DNA of 43,034 nt from an uncultured Pseudomonadales bacterium (GTDB taxonomy: Bacteria; Pseudomonadota; Gammaproteobacteria; Pseudomonadales; Azotimanducaceae). The stretch is taken from positions 1-43,034 of the forward strand of contig CAYUMA010000564.1 of NCBI GenBank assembly GCA_964445675.1, given 5' to 3'. A program made the position numbers and the translations under genes. The notes under the pieces were generated by a model. It saw only the letters and a program-made list of their open reading frames with translations, was not told where the DNA came from and made no database searches. The first letter of the stretch is position 1. Each line of letters starts with the position of its first letter. Below, in pieces: positions 1 through 8,988 of the stretch.

Positions 1-1
1 C

Positions 2-3000
2 AATCCAGATCCCGCCGACGGCAGCCCGATGCTTCCCCCGGGCAAGTACGTGGTCGAAGTCATCGTGCCGCCGGGCTACGAACTGGTGAAGGAAGAAGAC
101 AGGAACATTCTGATGGGCGACGCCTACGTCGCGGCGGTGACGCAGCAGGTTCCGGGCGGCATCGGCAACATCTTCATCATGCCCGATCAAGCGGCGATCA
201 ACGCCTTCTACAACCCGAACAACGTGCTCCAGCCGTTGACGAACAACGGGGCGTCGCCGATGCGCGAAGGCGACACCGGCTCGGTCGAAGTGTTCTGGCC
301 CTGCGTCGGCGCCACGCGCATCGTTCCCGACTTCCCGAGCCTGTTTCCGGCCTCGGGGCAAGCGACTGCGTTTGCGGGCGCATCACGGCCCCTGTGCGAC
401 CGCAAGGCGGTCACGCTCAACGACCAGATGTCGGTGCTCGCGAAGTTCTACCTGTTCACCTCGACAGACATCGCCAGCCACTTCACCGGCCAGATCACCA
501 ACGACCTCGGGGCCGAGTTCGACCCGTTCTCGCCGCAGTTCGGCGAGAAGCTCGGCGTCCCCAATGTGCCGGTTGCGTTCAGGGATTTCACCGGCAAGGA
601 AATTTCCCGCATCTATGCCGACCAGTGGGGAAAATTCAACGGGATGAACTTCTCGGCCTGGACCGTCTGGCCGCCGAGCCCGAGCGGTTTCGTTCCGCAG
701 ATGATGATCACGTGCATGAACGACCCAGGTCCGATACCGGGTCCGAACGGCACCATGATCACCGATCCGATGTTCAACCCGGCCTACAGCAATTTCTGCT
801 ACGAGACGCCGTTCATGCCGGGCCAGACCGCGCACATGGACACACCGGTACTCCCCACCATGGGCTTCGCGGGGGGATACAACCTGCCTGATGCCGAGTA
901 CCCGGATACGACACCGGCGATCAAGACCGTGCATGGCCCGGCAAACGGTGGCCTCGGCGGACCGTTCGTGGCCGCCGCCGGTCAAACGCTGACCATCACG
1001 GCACTTGGCAATAAGCAGGTGCTCAACCACGCCTACTCCGGGCCGTCTGCTCTGTCTTCAGTTGCGTGTCCATCATGCAACCAGAAGTTCATCACGCGGA
1101 ACTACGGATTCGGTAGCGCAACAGGGACGGTCACCATCGGCGGAGTGCCCGCAACGGTCGTCGGACCCTGGGCAGATGGCTTGCTCACGGTCACCGTGCC
1201 CGGCGGCGTGCCGGCCTGCACGATCCAGCAACGCAACGTGCCAGGCACGGAGCTGTGCGGCCAACTGGAGATTACCCGGGGCAACGGCAAGCGGTCGATC
1301 GACGCGGTCACTGTGACGATTGGCGGCAAAGCGCCGACGTATATCAACGGCGAGAACGCGACCGGCAACGCGCTCCAACTCGCGATCGACAATGCCACGC
1401 CTGGCGACCTGATCATGGTCGGTCCGGGGGTTTACAAAGAAATGCTGTTGATGTGGAAGCCGGTCCGGCTGCAAGGCGTCGGCGCGGCCTCCGTGACGAT
1501 CAACGCGGATGCTCACCCGGCGGGCAAACTGGATCCATGGCGCAAGCAGGTCAATTGCCTCTTCGGCTTGACGCCGGATGGGCAGCCCGCCACCACCGTC
1601 TACCCCGGCTGCCACCGGGGGATGCTGGGTCGCGTGGACCGCATTCCGTTCGAAAGCATCATCGGTTGGGACGTCAGCGGCAACGGCAACCTGGCGCAGC
1701 TGCTGCAAGAGCCGACGCTGATGGGCGCTTACGAAGGTGCCGGCATTACGGTCCTTGGCCGCGGTGTGGGGTTCAATATCTTCAACCTGCCCACGCCTGC
1801 CGAACGGCTCGGTGTGGGATTCGAAGGCGGCTTCCCGGACGGATATCGCTACCTGACCGCGGGCACCGGCCTATTGGGGGCCTTGGACTGCACAGTGCTG
1901 CCTCCCCGTTTCGGCGTTGCCGGGTTCGACTATGCCACCAGCAACTTCCTGTGCAACCCATCGCGCATCGATGGCATCAGCATCACCAACAGCTCGCAAG
2001 GCGGCGGTGCCATCTACCTGCACGGCTGGAACCATAACATGGAGATCGCCAACAACCGGATCTTCGCCAACCACGGGACGTTTACGGGCGGCATTAATGT
2101 CGGTACCGGCGAACATCCTCCCGCGTACATCGTCGGTTCGGACAATCCGGACTTTCTGCCTCCTCCCGGCATGCCTGTAGCGGGCCTGGTGGACGGCGAA
2201 CAGGCCGGCTATGGGTTCAACCGCAACGTGCGCGTGCATCACAACTCGGTCACGAGCAACGCATCGATCGGCGACGCGTTGTATTCGGGCACGCCTTCGG
2301 CTGCGGGCGGCGTCACCTTCGCCGCCGGTGCGGACGGGTACTCCTTCACTGACAACTGGGTCGCTGGCAACCTGACCGCCGGCGACGGCGGTGGCGTTGT
2401 GCACGCGGGATTCAGCAACGACGGCAACATCTCGCGCAACCAGATCCTATTCAACCAGAGCGCGAGCGCAACGCTGCCGACCCACGGCGGCGGTCTTGCG
2501 ATCCTCGGCGCAGCCCTTGATCGCATTCTCGCCAATGGCCTGGAGTGCGGTACTGTGGACGACGCCGATTGCCCACCCGGGCTGACCGATGGCGTGGGCC
2601 GGCGCCTCGTGATCGACGCCAATCTCATCATGGGCAACAGCGCCGAGAGCGGCAGCGGTGGCGGCCTGCGCTTGCAGCGGGTCAATGGTGACGAGGTTGC
2701 CGCGTTCCCGACGACTCCGACCCGTTGGTACGAAGTCACCATCACCAACAACATCATCGCGAACAACGTCGCGGGCTGGGACGGCGGCGGCGTGTCGATG
2801 CAGGACGCGTTGAAGGTGAGGTTCTTCAACAACACGGTCGTGTCCAACGACACGACAGCATCGGCCGGTGTGCTCTTCAACACGCTCGGAGCCGGCTTCG
2901 CCAGCGTTCCAGGGCCGGGCGCAACGCCTGGGACTTGCCCACCGGACGCTCCGAGCTGTACCAATCCTCCGGTCTTGACCTCGACCAACCAGCCTGCAGG

Positions 3001-4477
3001 ATTGGTGACGATGGGCCACACGCCGAACCTGACTGCCTTGATGACGGCCCCGAATCCGCTTGCGAGCTGCCCCAATGCAGACTATGGCTATCTGAGCAAC
3101 GATTGCAGACAGGTCTCGCGTCCGCTGCTGCGGAACAACCTGTTCTGGCAGAACCGCGCGTTCCACATCGAGGTGGGAGCTTTGGGCGGGGGTCAGACGA
3201 ACCAGCAGGCAGTCGTCACCTTGGTACCCTCGTTGGATCAGACGACGGACACCGGCCAGTGCGTAGCGACCGGGACCGCTAACGGGGCGCCTGGGAGTGG
3301 TGGCCCGGTCACCTACTGGGACCTCGGCGTGCGTGGCGACACGAGTCCGACTCCGAACTCCGGCTCTGGTTTTGCGCTGAACCCGACAAACTCGATCATG
3401 ACCAGCATTGCCGGGTACGGCGGAACAGGCCTGTCAACGGGTGACCCGCTTGTGGTTAGCCAGTACTGCAACGGCTCGCGGCTGCCACCGGAAGGCGGCG
3501 GCCTGTTCGCCGGCTTCAACGCGCCGCCGGGACGCTCGGAATCAACGGGACTCTACCCCGTGTTCGCGCTGAATCAGGTCACGGCTGCCGCGACGGTCGA
3601 CGAAGGCAACAACTGGATCAATCTGAGTTACGGTCCGTTGGCGTTGGCCAATGCGGCCGCCGCTCCGGCACCCGGTACGATGCAGTTGGCGCTGGGTAAC
3701 CACGACATAAAGACCGGCTCGCCGGCGATCAGTAACGCCAGCGCGTTGGGTGCACCGAATCATGACTTCTTCGGTCGCGCACGCCCGCTGGGCGCTAATT
3801 TCGACATCGGTGCCGCAGAGTTCCTGGATGCCCCGCCTCCTGCGCCGGTGTTGCCGACGCTGGCTGTGCTCGACATCTTCAACCGCGCCAACGCGAATAA
3901 CCTCAACACTGGCGCGCCCGCTGGTGTGAACTGGAGCCAGATCACCCTGTTCGGTAGCTCGAGCCTGAGGGTGAACACCAGCCAGGCATTTGCTTCGTCG
4001 GGCGTGACCAATTTTGCGGTCTGGAATGGTCCGGGCAATGTCTTCGGTGCTAACCAGGGCGCGGCCTTCAGCTTCGCCGGCGCGCCGCTCAACGGGTCCG
4101 GAACGTGGCTGATCCTGAAGGCGAGTGGCGGTAGTCTCAGCCTGCCGGCGAACTACATCCGCGTGGCCTACGTGCTGCCCGGCGGCGGGCAGGTAACGGT
4201 TGCAACAACGACCAACAGCGGCGGTAGCTTCACGGCGCGCGGCACTTTGCCCGCGACCTTTGCCTCAGGCGACAGGCTGACGGCACGGGCTGACGCGACG
4301 GGCACGGTCTTTGTATGGAAGACGACCGCGGCGCTTGTGACGACCTACGTCGGCAGCGTGGCGATCCCGACGAGTGGAGGCGGTAGCTTCCCGCTTGCGA
4401 CGGGTGGCGGCCGGATCGGCATGCGGCTCCCGAATGGAGCGCGGGTCGACAACTTCGCCGGCGGCACGGTGCCGTAG
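2..4477 (+). CDS. Giant secreted/surface protein, 5'-partial: SdrD-B/CarboxypepD_reg-like piece, IPT/TIG-like domain, long right-handed parallel beta-helix (PbH1) repeat region, jelly-roll/LamG-like C-terminal domain
   Basis: The frame is open from base 2, with no stop before the first ATG at 29, so the gene continues off the left edge. PbH1-type repeats: NNRIFANHG, VHHNSVTSNAS, FTDNWVAGNLTAGDGGGV, ISRNQILFNQS, IDANLIMGNSAESGSGGGL, ITNNIIANNVAGWDGGGV, FFNNTVVSND. IPT/TIG-like stretch: TLTITALGNKQ...GTVTIGGVPATVVGPWADGLLTVTVPGGVP. N-terminal PGKYVVEVIVPPGYELV resembles SdrD-B/Cna-B-like folds. Confidence 0.8.
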   Translation, partial: NPDPADGSPMLPPGKYVVEVIVPPGYELVKEEDRNILMGDAYVAAVTQQVPGGIGNIFIMPDQAAINAFYNPNNVLQPLTNNGASPMREGDTGSVEVFWPCVGATRIVPDFPSLFPASGQATAFAGASRPLCDRKAVTLNDQMSVLAKFYLFTSTDIASHFTGQITNDLGAEFDPFSPQFGEKLGVPNVPVAFRDFTGKEISRIYADQWGKFNGMNFSAWTVWPPSPSGFVPQMMITCMNDPGPIPGPNGTMITDPMFNPAYSNFCYETPFMPGQTAHMDTPVLPTMGFAGGYNLPDAEYPDTTPAIKTVHGPANGGLGGPFVAAAGQTLTITALGNKQVLNHAYSGPSALSSVACPSCNQKFITRNYGFGSATGTVTIGGVPATVVGPWADGLLTVTVPGGVPACTIQQRNVPGTELCGQLEITRGNGKRSIDAVTVTIGGKAPTYINGENATGNALQLAIDNATPGDLIMVGPGVYKEMLLMWKPVRLQGVGAASVTINADAHPAGKLDPWRKQVNCLFGLTPDGQPATTVYPGCHRGMLGRVDRIPFESIIGWDVSGNGNLAQLLQEPTLMGAYEGAGITVLGRGVGFNIFNLPTPAERLGVGFEGGFPDGYRYLTAGTGLLGALDCTVLPPRFGVAGFDYATSNFLCNPSRIDGISITNSSQGGGAIYLHGWNHNMEIANNRIFANHGTFTGGINVGTGEHPPAYIVGSDNPDFLPPPGMPVAGLVDGEQAGYGFNRNVRVHHNSVTSNASIGDALYSGTPSAAGGVTFAAGADGYSFTDNWVAGNLTAGDGGGVVHAGFSNDGNISRNQILFNQSASATLPTHGGGLAILGAALDRILANGLECGTVDDADCPPGLTDGVGRRLVIDANLIMGNSAESGSGGGLRLQRVNGDEVAAFPTTPTRWYEVTITNNIIANNVAGWDGGGVSMQDALKVRFFNNTVVSNDTTASAGVLFNTLGAGFASVPGPGATPGTCPPDAPSCTNPPVLTSTNQPAGLVTMGHTPNLTALMTAPNPLASCPNADYGYLSNDCRQVSRPLLRNNLFWQNRAFHIEVGALGGGQTNQQAVVTLVPSLDQTTDTGQCVATGTANGAPGSGGPVTYWDLGVRGDTSPTPNSGSGFALNPTNSIMTSIAGYGGTGLSTGDPLVVSQYCNGSRLPPEGGGLFAGFNAPPGRSESTGLYPVFALNQVTAAATVDEGNNWINLSYGPLALANAAAAPAPGTMQLALGNHDIKTGSPAISNASALGAPNHDFFGRARPLGANFDIGAAEFLDAPPPAPVLPTLAVLDIFNRANANNLNTGAPAGVNWSQITLFGSSSLRVNTSQAFASSGVTNFAVWNGPGNVFGANQGAAFSFAGAPLNGSGTWLILKASGGSLSLPANYIRVAYVLPGGGQVTVATTTNSGGSFTARGTLPATFASGDRLTARADATGTVFVWKTTAALVTTYVGSVAIPTSGGGSFPLATGGGRIGMRLPNGARVDNFAGGTVP

Positions 4478-4492
4478 GTGAGGGAATCGAGG

Positions 4493-4523
4493 CCGGGGGC
4501 TGGTGTAAACTGCCAGCCCGCGG
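4493..4523 (+). terminator. GC-rich hairpin 16 nt after the giant gene's stop codon; possible terminator, no clear U-tract
   Basis: ccgggggctgg (4493-4503) pairs with ccagcccgcgg (4513-4523): 11 bp with one mismatch and a 9-nt loop. Confidence 0.3.
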
Positions 4524-4625
4524 CAAGCCGGCAACTCGGGTGGCTCAGTGTCGAATGACTTAGGACAGGAGCAGCTGTCGAGTCGAAACCCAGGGACCAA
4601 TCGTTCCGACTCAAATCGGCGGAGC

Positions 4626-5093
4626 ATGGGGGTACTGCTGGCCTTTGTGATCGTCGGCAGCCTCCTGGGACCCGCGATATCGCCCGCAGCGAACGCGCCA
4701 ACCGAAGCCCCGCAGAAGGATTCCCCGTATGTCGCCGGAATGCCCAACAGCGCGAGGAGCATTTATGCGCTTACCTGGGGGGTGGACCAACTCTCGGCGA
4801 AGCTTGCTCAGTCCGGCCAGCTGGTGCGCTTCAACTACCGGGTGGTGGATGCCGCGAAAGCCAAGGCGCTGAACGACAAGGCCTCGAGCCCCTACCTGCT
4901 GGACGAGAAAGCGCACGCGGTGCTGCAGGTGCCTGAGATGGAGAAGGTGGGGAAATTACGCCAGTCCGGCGCGCCCGAAAACGGCAAGACATATTGGATG
5001 GTGTTTTCGAACAAAGGCAACCTCGTCAAGGCCGGACACCGTGTTAGCGTCGTGATCGGACAGGTCCGCATCGACGGTCTGGTGGTGCAGTAA
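4626..5093 (+). CDS. Small secreted hypothetical protein
   Basis: ATG at 4626 is preceded by ggcggag. Signal-like N-terminus MGVLLAFVIVGSLLGPAISPAANA. The track ORF start at 4548 adds a polar, non-signal extension. No family recognised. Confidence 0.55.
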   Translation: MGVLLAFVIVGSLLGPAISPAANAPTEAPQKDSPYVAGMPNSARSIYALTWGVDQLSAKLAQSGQLVRFNYRVVDAAKAKALNDKASSPYLLDEKAHAVLQVPEMEKVGKLRQSGAPENGKTYWMVFSNKGNLVKAGHRVSVVIGQVRIDGLVVQ

Positions 5094-5123
5094 CGAGTCC
5101 ATCGCAATCGACAGGAGTCATTG

Positions 5124-5951
5124 ATGTTCCGAACAAGCGTATTCGCCTGCCTGGCGCTGGTGGTGTTACCAGCGCTCGCCGTTGCTGCCGACAACCCCGC
5201 GCCGCCGAAACCCTCCGCGGCTGAGATCGTAGACAGAAACATGGCGGCCCGCGGCGGCCTCGCCGCCTGGCGCGCGGTGAAGACCCTCTCATGGTCCGGA
5301 AAACTGGATGCCGGCGGCGGCAATCGGCCACAGATTCCGGGGATTCCCGGACAGCCGCAACTCGCGCAGGCGGCTTCCCAGCAACCGGCCGCACAGGTGC
5401 AGTTGCCCTTCGTGCTCGAGATGGAGCGGCCACGCAAGGCGCGCCTCGAGATCGAGTTCAAGGGAGAAACCGCAGTGCAGGTCTATGACGGCACCCAGGG
5501 CTGGAAGCTGCGGCCCTTCCTGAATCGACACGAGGTGGAGAACTACACGGCGGCTGAATTAGAGGTGGCCAGCGTGCAGGCGGACATTGACGGCGCGCTG
5601 GTCGATTACGCCGCCAAGGGTACGAAGATCGAGGTCGAGGGCACCGAGCCCGTGGACGGTCAGCCGGCGTACAAGCTCAAGCTCACGCTCGAGAACGGCC
5701 ACGTCATGCACGAGTGGGTGGATGCCAAGACGTTTCTCGAGGTGAAGATCGAGGGCACGCCGCGCAAGCTCGACGGCAAGCCTCATGCCGTAGCGATCTA
5801 CCTGAGCGACTACCGTACCGTGAACGGCCTGATGATTCCCCACTTGATCGAGACCCGCGTGGAGGGCGTCAGGCGGACCGAAAAAATCGAGATCGACAAG
5901 GTTCTGGTGAACCCGCCCCTCGAAGCGTCCCGCTTCACGCGGCCCATTTGA
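5124..5951 (+). CDS. LolA-like outer-membrane lipoprotein-sorting family protein (periplasmic)
   Basis: SD caggag lies 6 nt before ATG 5124. Signal peptide MFRTSVFACLALVVLPALAVA. Body matches the LolA_like pattern (AEIVDRNMAARGGLAAWRAVKTL...GETAVQVYDGTQGWKLRPF...ADIDGALVDYAAKGTKIEVEGTEPVDGQPAYKLKLTLENG...DYRTVNGLMIP). Confidence 0.7.
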   Translation: MFRTSVFACLALVVLPALAVAADNPAPPKPSAAEIVDRNMAARGGLAAWRAVKTLSWSGKLDAGGGNRPQIPGIPGQPQLAQAASQQPAAQVQLPFVLEMERPRKARLEIEFKGETAVQVYDGTQGWKLRPFLNRHEVENYTAAELEVASVQADIDGALVDYAAKGTKIEVEGTEPVDGQPAYKLKLTLENGHVMHEWVDAKTFLEVKIEGTPRKLDGKPHAVAIYLSDYRTVNGLMIPHLIETRVEGVRRTEKIEIDKVLVNPPLEASRFTRPI

Positions 5952-5970
5952 TCGAACGGAGCAACGCAGT

Positions 5971-6582
5971 ATGGCGAAACGACGCACGCTCACTTTTTTG
6001 ATCCTGATCAGCGGCCTCTTGCTGTTACGCGCAAGCGGCGCGCAGGCAGACGAGATGCCGTCGCATGCCGCCCACGAGGCTCCGAGGACCACGATTTCGA
6101 CCGTACAGTATGCGGTGCCCGCCCTGACCCTGATACGCGACGACGGTCGCAGCGTGTCTCTGGCCGAAGAAATGAACGACGGGCGGCCGGTACTGCTCAA
6201 CTTCATCTTCACCACCTGCGGCTCGGTGTGTCCGCTGATGAGCCAGATGTTCGCGCAGTTTCAGAGCAAGCTGGGGGCTCACGCCGACACGGTGCACCTG
6301 ATGTCGATCTCGATCGACCCGGAGCAGGACACCCCGGCGCGACTCACCGAGTATGCGCAGAAGTTCGGCGCCGGGTCGCAGTGGCAGCATTACACCGGCA
6401 GCGTCGAAGCCAGCCTCACAGCGCAGCGCGCCTTCAACGTCTACCGGGGCGACAAGATGAGTCACGCGCCGGTCACGTTGCTGCGCGCGGCGCCCGGTGA
6501 GCCGTGGCTGCGCATCGACGGTTTCGTGACACCGGATACCCTGGAGAGCGAATACCGCAAGCTGGTCGCAGCGAAGTCATAA
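5971..6582 (+). CDS. SCO1/SenC family thioredoxin-fold copper chaperone
   Basis: Signal/anchor MAKRRTLTFLILISGLLLL. Diagnostic motif LLNFIFTTCGSVCP (CxxxC) and downstream SIDPEQDTP. Confidence 0.8.
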   Translation: MAKRRTLTFLILISGLLLLRASGAQADEMPSHAAHEAPRTTISTVQYAVPALTLIRDDGRSVSLAEEMNDGRPVLLNFIFTTCGSVCPLMSQMFAQFQSKLGAHADTVHLMSISIDPEQDTPARLTEYAQKFGAGSQWQHYTGSVEASLTAQRAFNVYRGDKMSHAPVTLLRAAPGEPWLRIDGFVTPDTLESEYRKLVAAKS

Positions 6583-8195
6583 GCGCCTCACTTCCAGGTC
6601 GGCTGCGCGCGCTTGGGCTCAGCCTGATAGTCGCGTCATCTGCGGCGGTTGCCGCAACGCCAGCGGACGGCGAGCGGATCTATCGCGCCGGCGTCCTGCC
6701 ATCAGGCGCACCGCTTCGTGCAACGCGCGAAGGCAACCAACCCATCGACGGCGCAACGACCGCCTGCATCAACTGCCATCGCCGCAGCGGTCTCGGCATG
6801 AAGGAGGGTCGCAACAGCATTCCGCCGGTCGCCGGCATTTACCTCTTTCATCCCCGCGCGACCGCCGCCAACACCGTCGACCTGCCCTTCGTCGACGACA
6901 TGCGCCCCGATCGCGATCCCTACACCGATGCAACGCTCGCACGCGCCATTCGCGAGGGACTGGCCGCCGATGGCAAGCCGCTCAGTTACCTGATGCCACG
7001 TTACAACCTCGACGACGCCGCGATGGCGGAGCTGATCGCCTACCTCAAGGCGCTGTCGCCCGGCGCCGTTCCGGGGGTCACCGATTCGGTGCTGCACTTC
7101 GCAACGATCGTGACCCCGGATGCGGACCCGATCAAACGTCAGGGCGTGCTCGACGTGCTGACGAAATTCTTCGAGGACAAAAATCACTACGTCCGCGCGC
7201 AGGCCCCGCGGGTGCAGTCCACGCGCCGGATGATGTTCAAGGTGAATCGCCGTTGGGAGCTGCATGTATGGGAACTCACCGGCGCACCCGACACGTGGGA
7301 GTCGCAGCTGCGTGCGAAGTTGGCCGTCGAACCCGTGTTCGCAGTTATTTCCGGCGTCGGCGGAGCGACCTGGCTGCCGGTGCATCGTTTCTGCGAGGCT
7401 GCATCCCTGCCGTGCCTCTTTCCCAATGTCGATGTGCCGGTCGTCGCGGAAGAGGATTTTTATGATCTGTACCTGTCGAAGGGCGTGCTCCTCGAAGCGC
7501 AGCTGATTGCCCAATCGCTGAAGACGCAAGGCAGCAGCGCGCGGCGCGTCGTTCAGGTCTATCGTGCGGACGATGTCGGAAAGGCGGCCGCCGATGCATT
7601 GTCTGCAATGCTCGCGGATGCAGCCGTCACGACTGTTACCCGAGAGGTTGCGTCGCACCCAAAGGGGCTCGAACGGGCGCTGCGTGATGTCACGCGCGAC
7701 GATGTCGTGGTGCTGTGGCTGCGGGCGAGCGATATCGCGTCGCTTGGCGCACTGCCCGCCGGGGCGACCAACGTATACCTCTCCGGAGAGATGGGCGGCC
7801 TCGAGCGCGCACCGCTCCCTGCCGCGTGGCGTGATGTCACGCGCATCACGTACCCGGTCGATCTGCCGAGGCAGCGCCTCGTGGGTCTCGACCGCGCGCT
7901 CGGCTGGTTTCGTATCCGGCAAGTTCAGGTGGTGGACTTGAAGTCGCAAGCCGATACCTATCTTGTCTGTGGCATCGTTTCCAACGCGATCAACCACATG
8001 GTCGACACCTTCGTGCGCGACTACCTGATCGAACGCATCGAGGCGATGCTCGAGCACAGCATCGTCACGGGCTATTACCCAAGGCTCGCGCTGGCGCCGC
8101 ATCAACGGTTCGCGTCGAAGGGCGGTTACCTCGTGCGCTTCGCGGGACCCACCGGCAGCCAGGTGGTTGCCGAGAGTGACTGGATCGTTCCGTAG
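6504..8195 (+). CDS. Fusion of a monohaem c-type cytochrome module with a type-1 periplasmic solute-binding-like domain
   Basis: Single CXXCH (CINCH) about 70 aa into the protein, after signal-like LRALGLSLIVASSAAVAA. The remaining ~450 aa look like a Leu/Ile/Val-binding-type PBP. Start is uncertain: the only canonical in-frame start is GTG 6504, which overlaps the SCO1 gene by 79 nt. Confidence 0.6.
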   Translation: MAAHRRFRDTGYPGERIPQAGRSEVISASLPGRLRALGLSLIVASSAAVAATPADGERIYRAGVLPSGAPLRATREGNQPIDGATTACINCHRRSGLGMKEGRNSIPPVAGIYLFHPRATAANTVDLPFVDDMRPDRDPYTDATLARAIREGLAADGKPLSYLMPRYNLDDAAMAELIAYLKALSPGAVPGVTDSVLHFATIVTPDADPIKRQGVLDVLTKFFEDKNHYVRAQAPRVQSTRRMMFKVNRRWELHVWELTGAPDTWESQLRAKLAVEPVFAVISGVGGATWLPVHRFCEAASLPCLFPNVDVPVVAEEDFYDLYLSKGVLLEAQLIAQSLKTQGSSARRVVQVYRADDVGKAAADALSAMLADAAVTTVTREVASHPKGLERALRDVTRDDVVVLWLRASDIASLGALPAGATNVYLSGEMGGLERAPLPAAWRDVTRITYPVDLPRQRLVGLDRALGWFRIRQVQVVDLKSQADTYLVCGIVSNAINHMVDTFVRDYLIERIEAMLEHSIVTGYYPRLALAPHQRFASKGGYLVRFAGPTGSQVVAESDWIVP

Positions 8196-8238
8196 GCGTC
8201 TCGCGCGAGGATCTACGGTGAACTCCCACCTAGCGTGA

Positions 8239-8883
8239 ATGGTGCGCGAGGCGTCTATTGCAGCCATGGTTCGCCCGTTCACCTACGTTGTGGCCGGCAC
8301 GCTGGCGCTCGCGCTCGGCTCTTCCGTCGCGACCGCCGACATCTACTCGTTCGTGGACGCGCACGGCGTCACGCATTACAGCAATGTCCCAACCGATTCG
8401 CGTTACCAGTTCCTGCTGGCAACGCCGGCTGAGAAGACTCGAAGCGGCGATGCATATGACGCGGCGCTCCTCGCGAGGTCGGCACAATTCGATCCGATCA
8501 TCGAGCATGCCGCTGCAGCCGCGTCCGTTGCGGCCGATCTGTTGCGCGCCGTGATCGTCGTCGAGTCCGGCTTCAACGCGCGTGCTGTATCCAGGCGCGG
8601 CGCCGCGGGATTGATGCAGCTGATGCCGGCGACAGCGCAGGCATTTGGCGCGACGGACCGCTTCGATCCGACGCAGAACATCCACGCCGGTGCGCGCTAT
8701 CTCCAGTCTTTGATGAAGCGTTACGACAACGACATCCGACTGACGCTGGCGGCCTACAACGCCGGCGAAAATGCGGTCGACCGCTGTGGTCGCTGCATTC
8801 CGAACTATCGCGAGACGCAGGCGTACGTGCCGAAAGTATGGCGGGTCTACCAGACCCTCCTCGGCCAGCCCCAAGCCAGCTGA
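8239..8883 (+). CDS. Soluble lytic transglycosylase (SLT domain) with DUF4124-like N-terminus
   Basis: SLT motifs ESGFN, GLMQLMPATA and AYNAG. N-terminal DIYSFVDAHGVTHYSNVP is the DUF4124 pattern. An alternative start at ATG 8266 gives a cleaner signal peptide. Confidence 0.85.
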   Translation: MVREASIAAMVRPFTYVVAGTLALALGSSVATADIYSFVDAHGVTHYSNVPTDSRYQFLLATPAEKTRSGDAYDAALLARSAQFDPIIEHAAAAASVAADLLRAVIVVESGFNARAVSRRGAAGLMQLMPATAQAFGATDRFDPTQNIHAGARYLQSLMKRYDNDIRLTLAAYNAGENAVDRCGRCIPNYRETQAYVPKVWRVYQTLLGQPQAS

Positions 8884-8988
8884 TCAGCGGGTGTACAGCA
8901 ACACCCCACCGCTGCCTACAGCAACTGCAGGACTGTTTCCGTCAGCGAACGGCGATAGCCTGTCTACTGGCATCGGAGGGGCGCCGCT

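Noticed and set aside
8205-8218. Exact 14-mer gcgaggatctacgg occurs at 8205-8218 and again at 17873-17886. Each copy lies 10-13 nt after the stop codon of a + strand gene, suggesting a possible REP-like or terminator-associated element.
   Set aside because: A few exact 14-mer coincidences are expected in 43 kb of biased composition. No flanking similarity or dyad symmetry was seen. It is worth a genome-wide count but is not supportable as a feature.
6702-8282. Long antisense or alternative-frame ORFs in the track: 6702-8282(-) 526 aa, 10758-12044(-) 428 aa, 29623-31746(+) 707 aa, 18773-19828(+) 351 aa, 37406-38650(+) 414 aa, 14144-15064(-) 306 aa, 2239-3075(-) 278 aa and many shorter ones.
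   Set aside because: They lie opposite or out of frame to genes with clear family motifs. They are extremely Arg/His/Gly/Pro-rich with no recognisable domains, which is the usual shadow-ORF artefact of GC-rich DNA.
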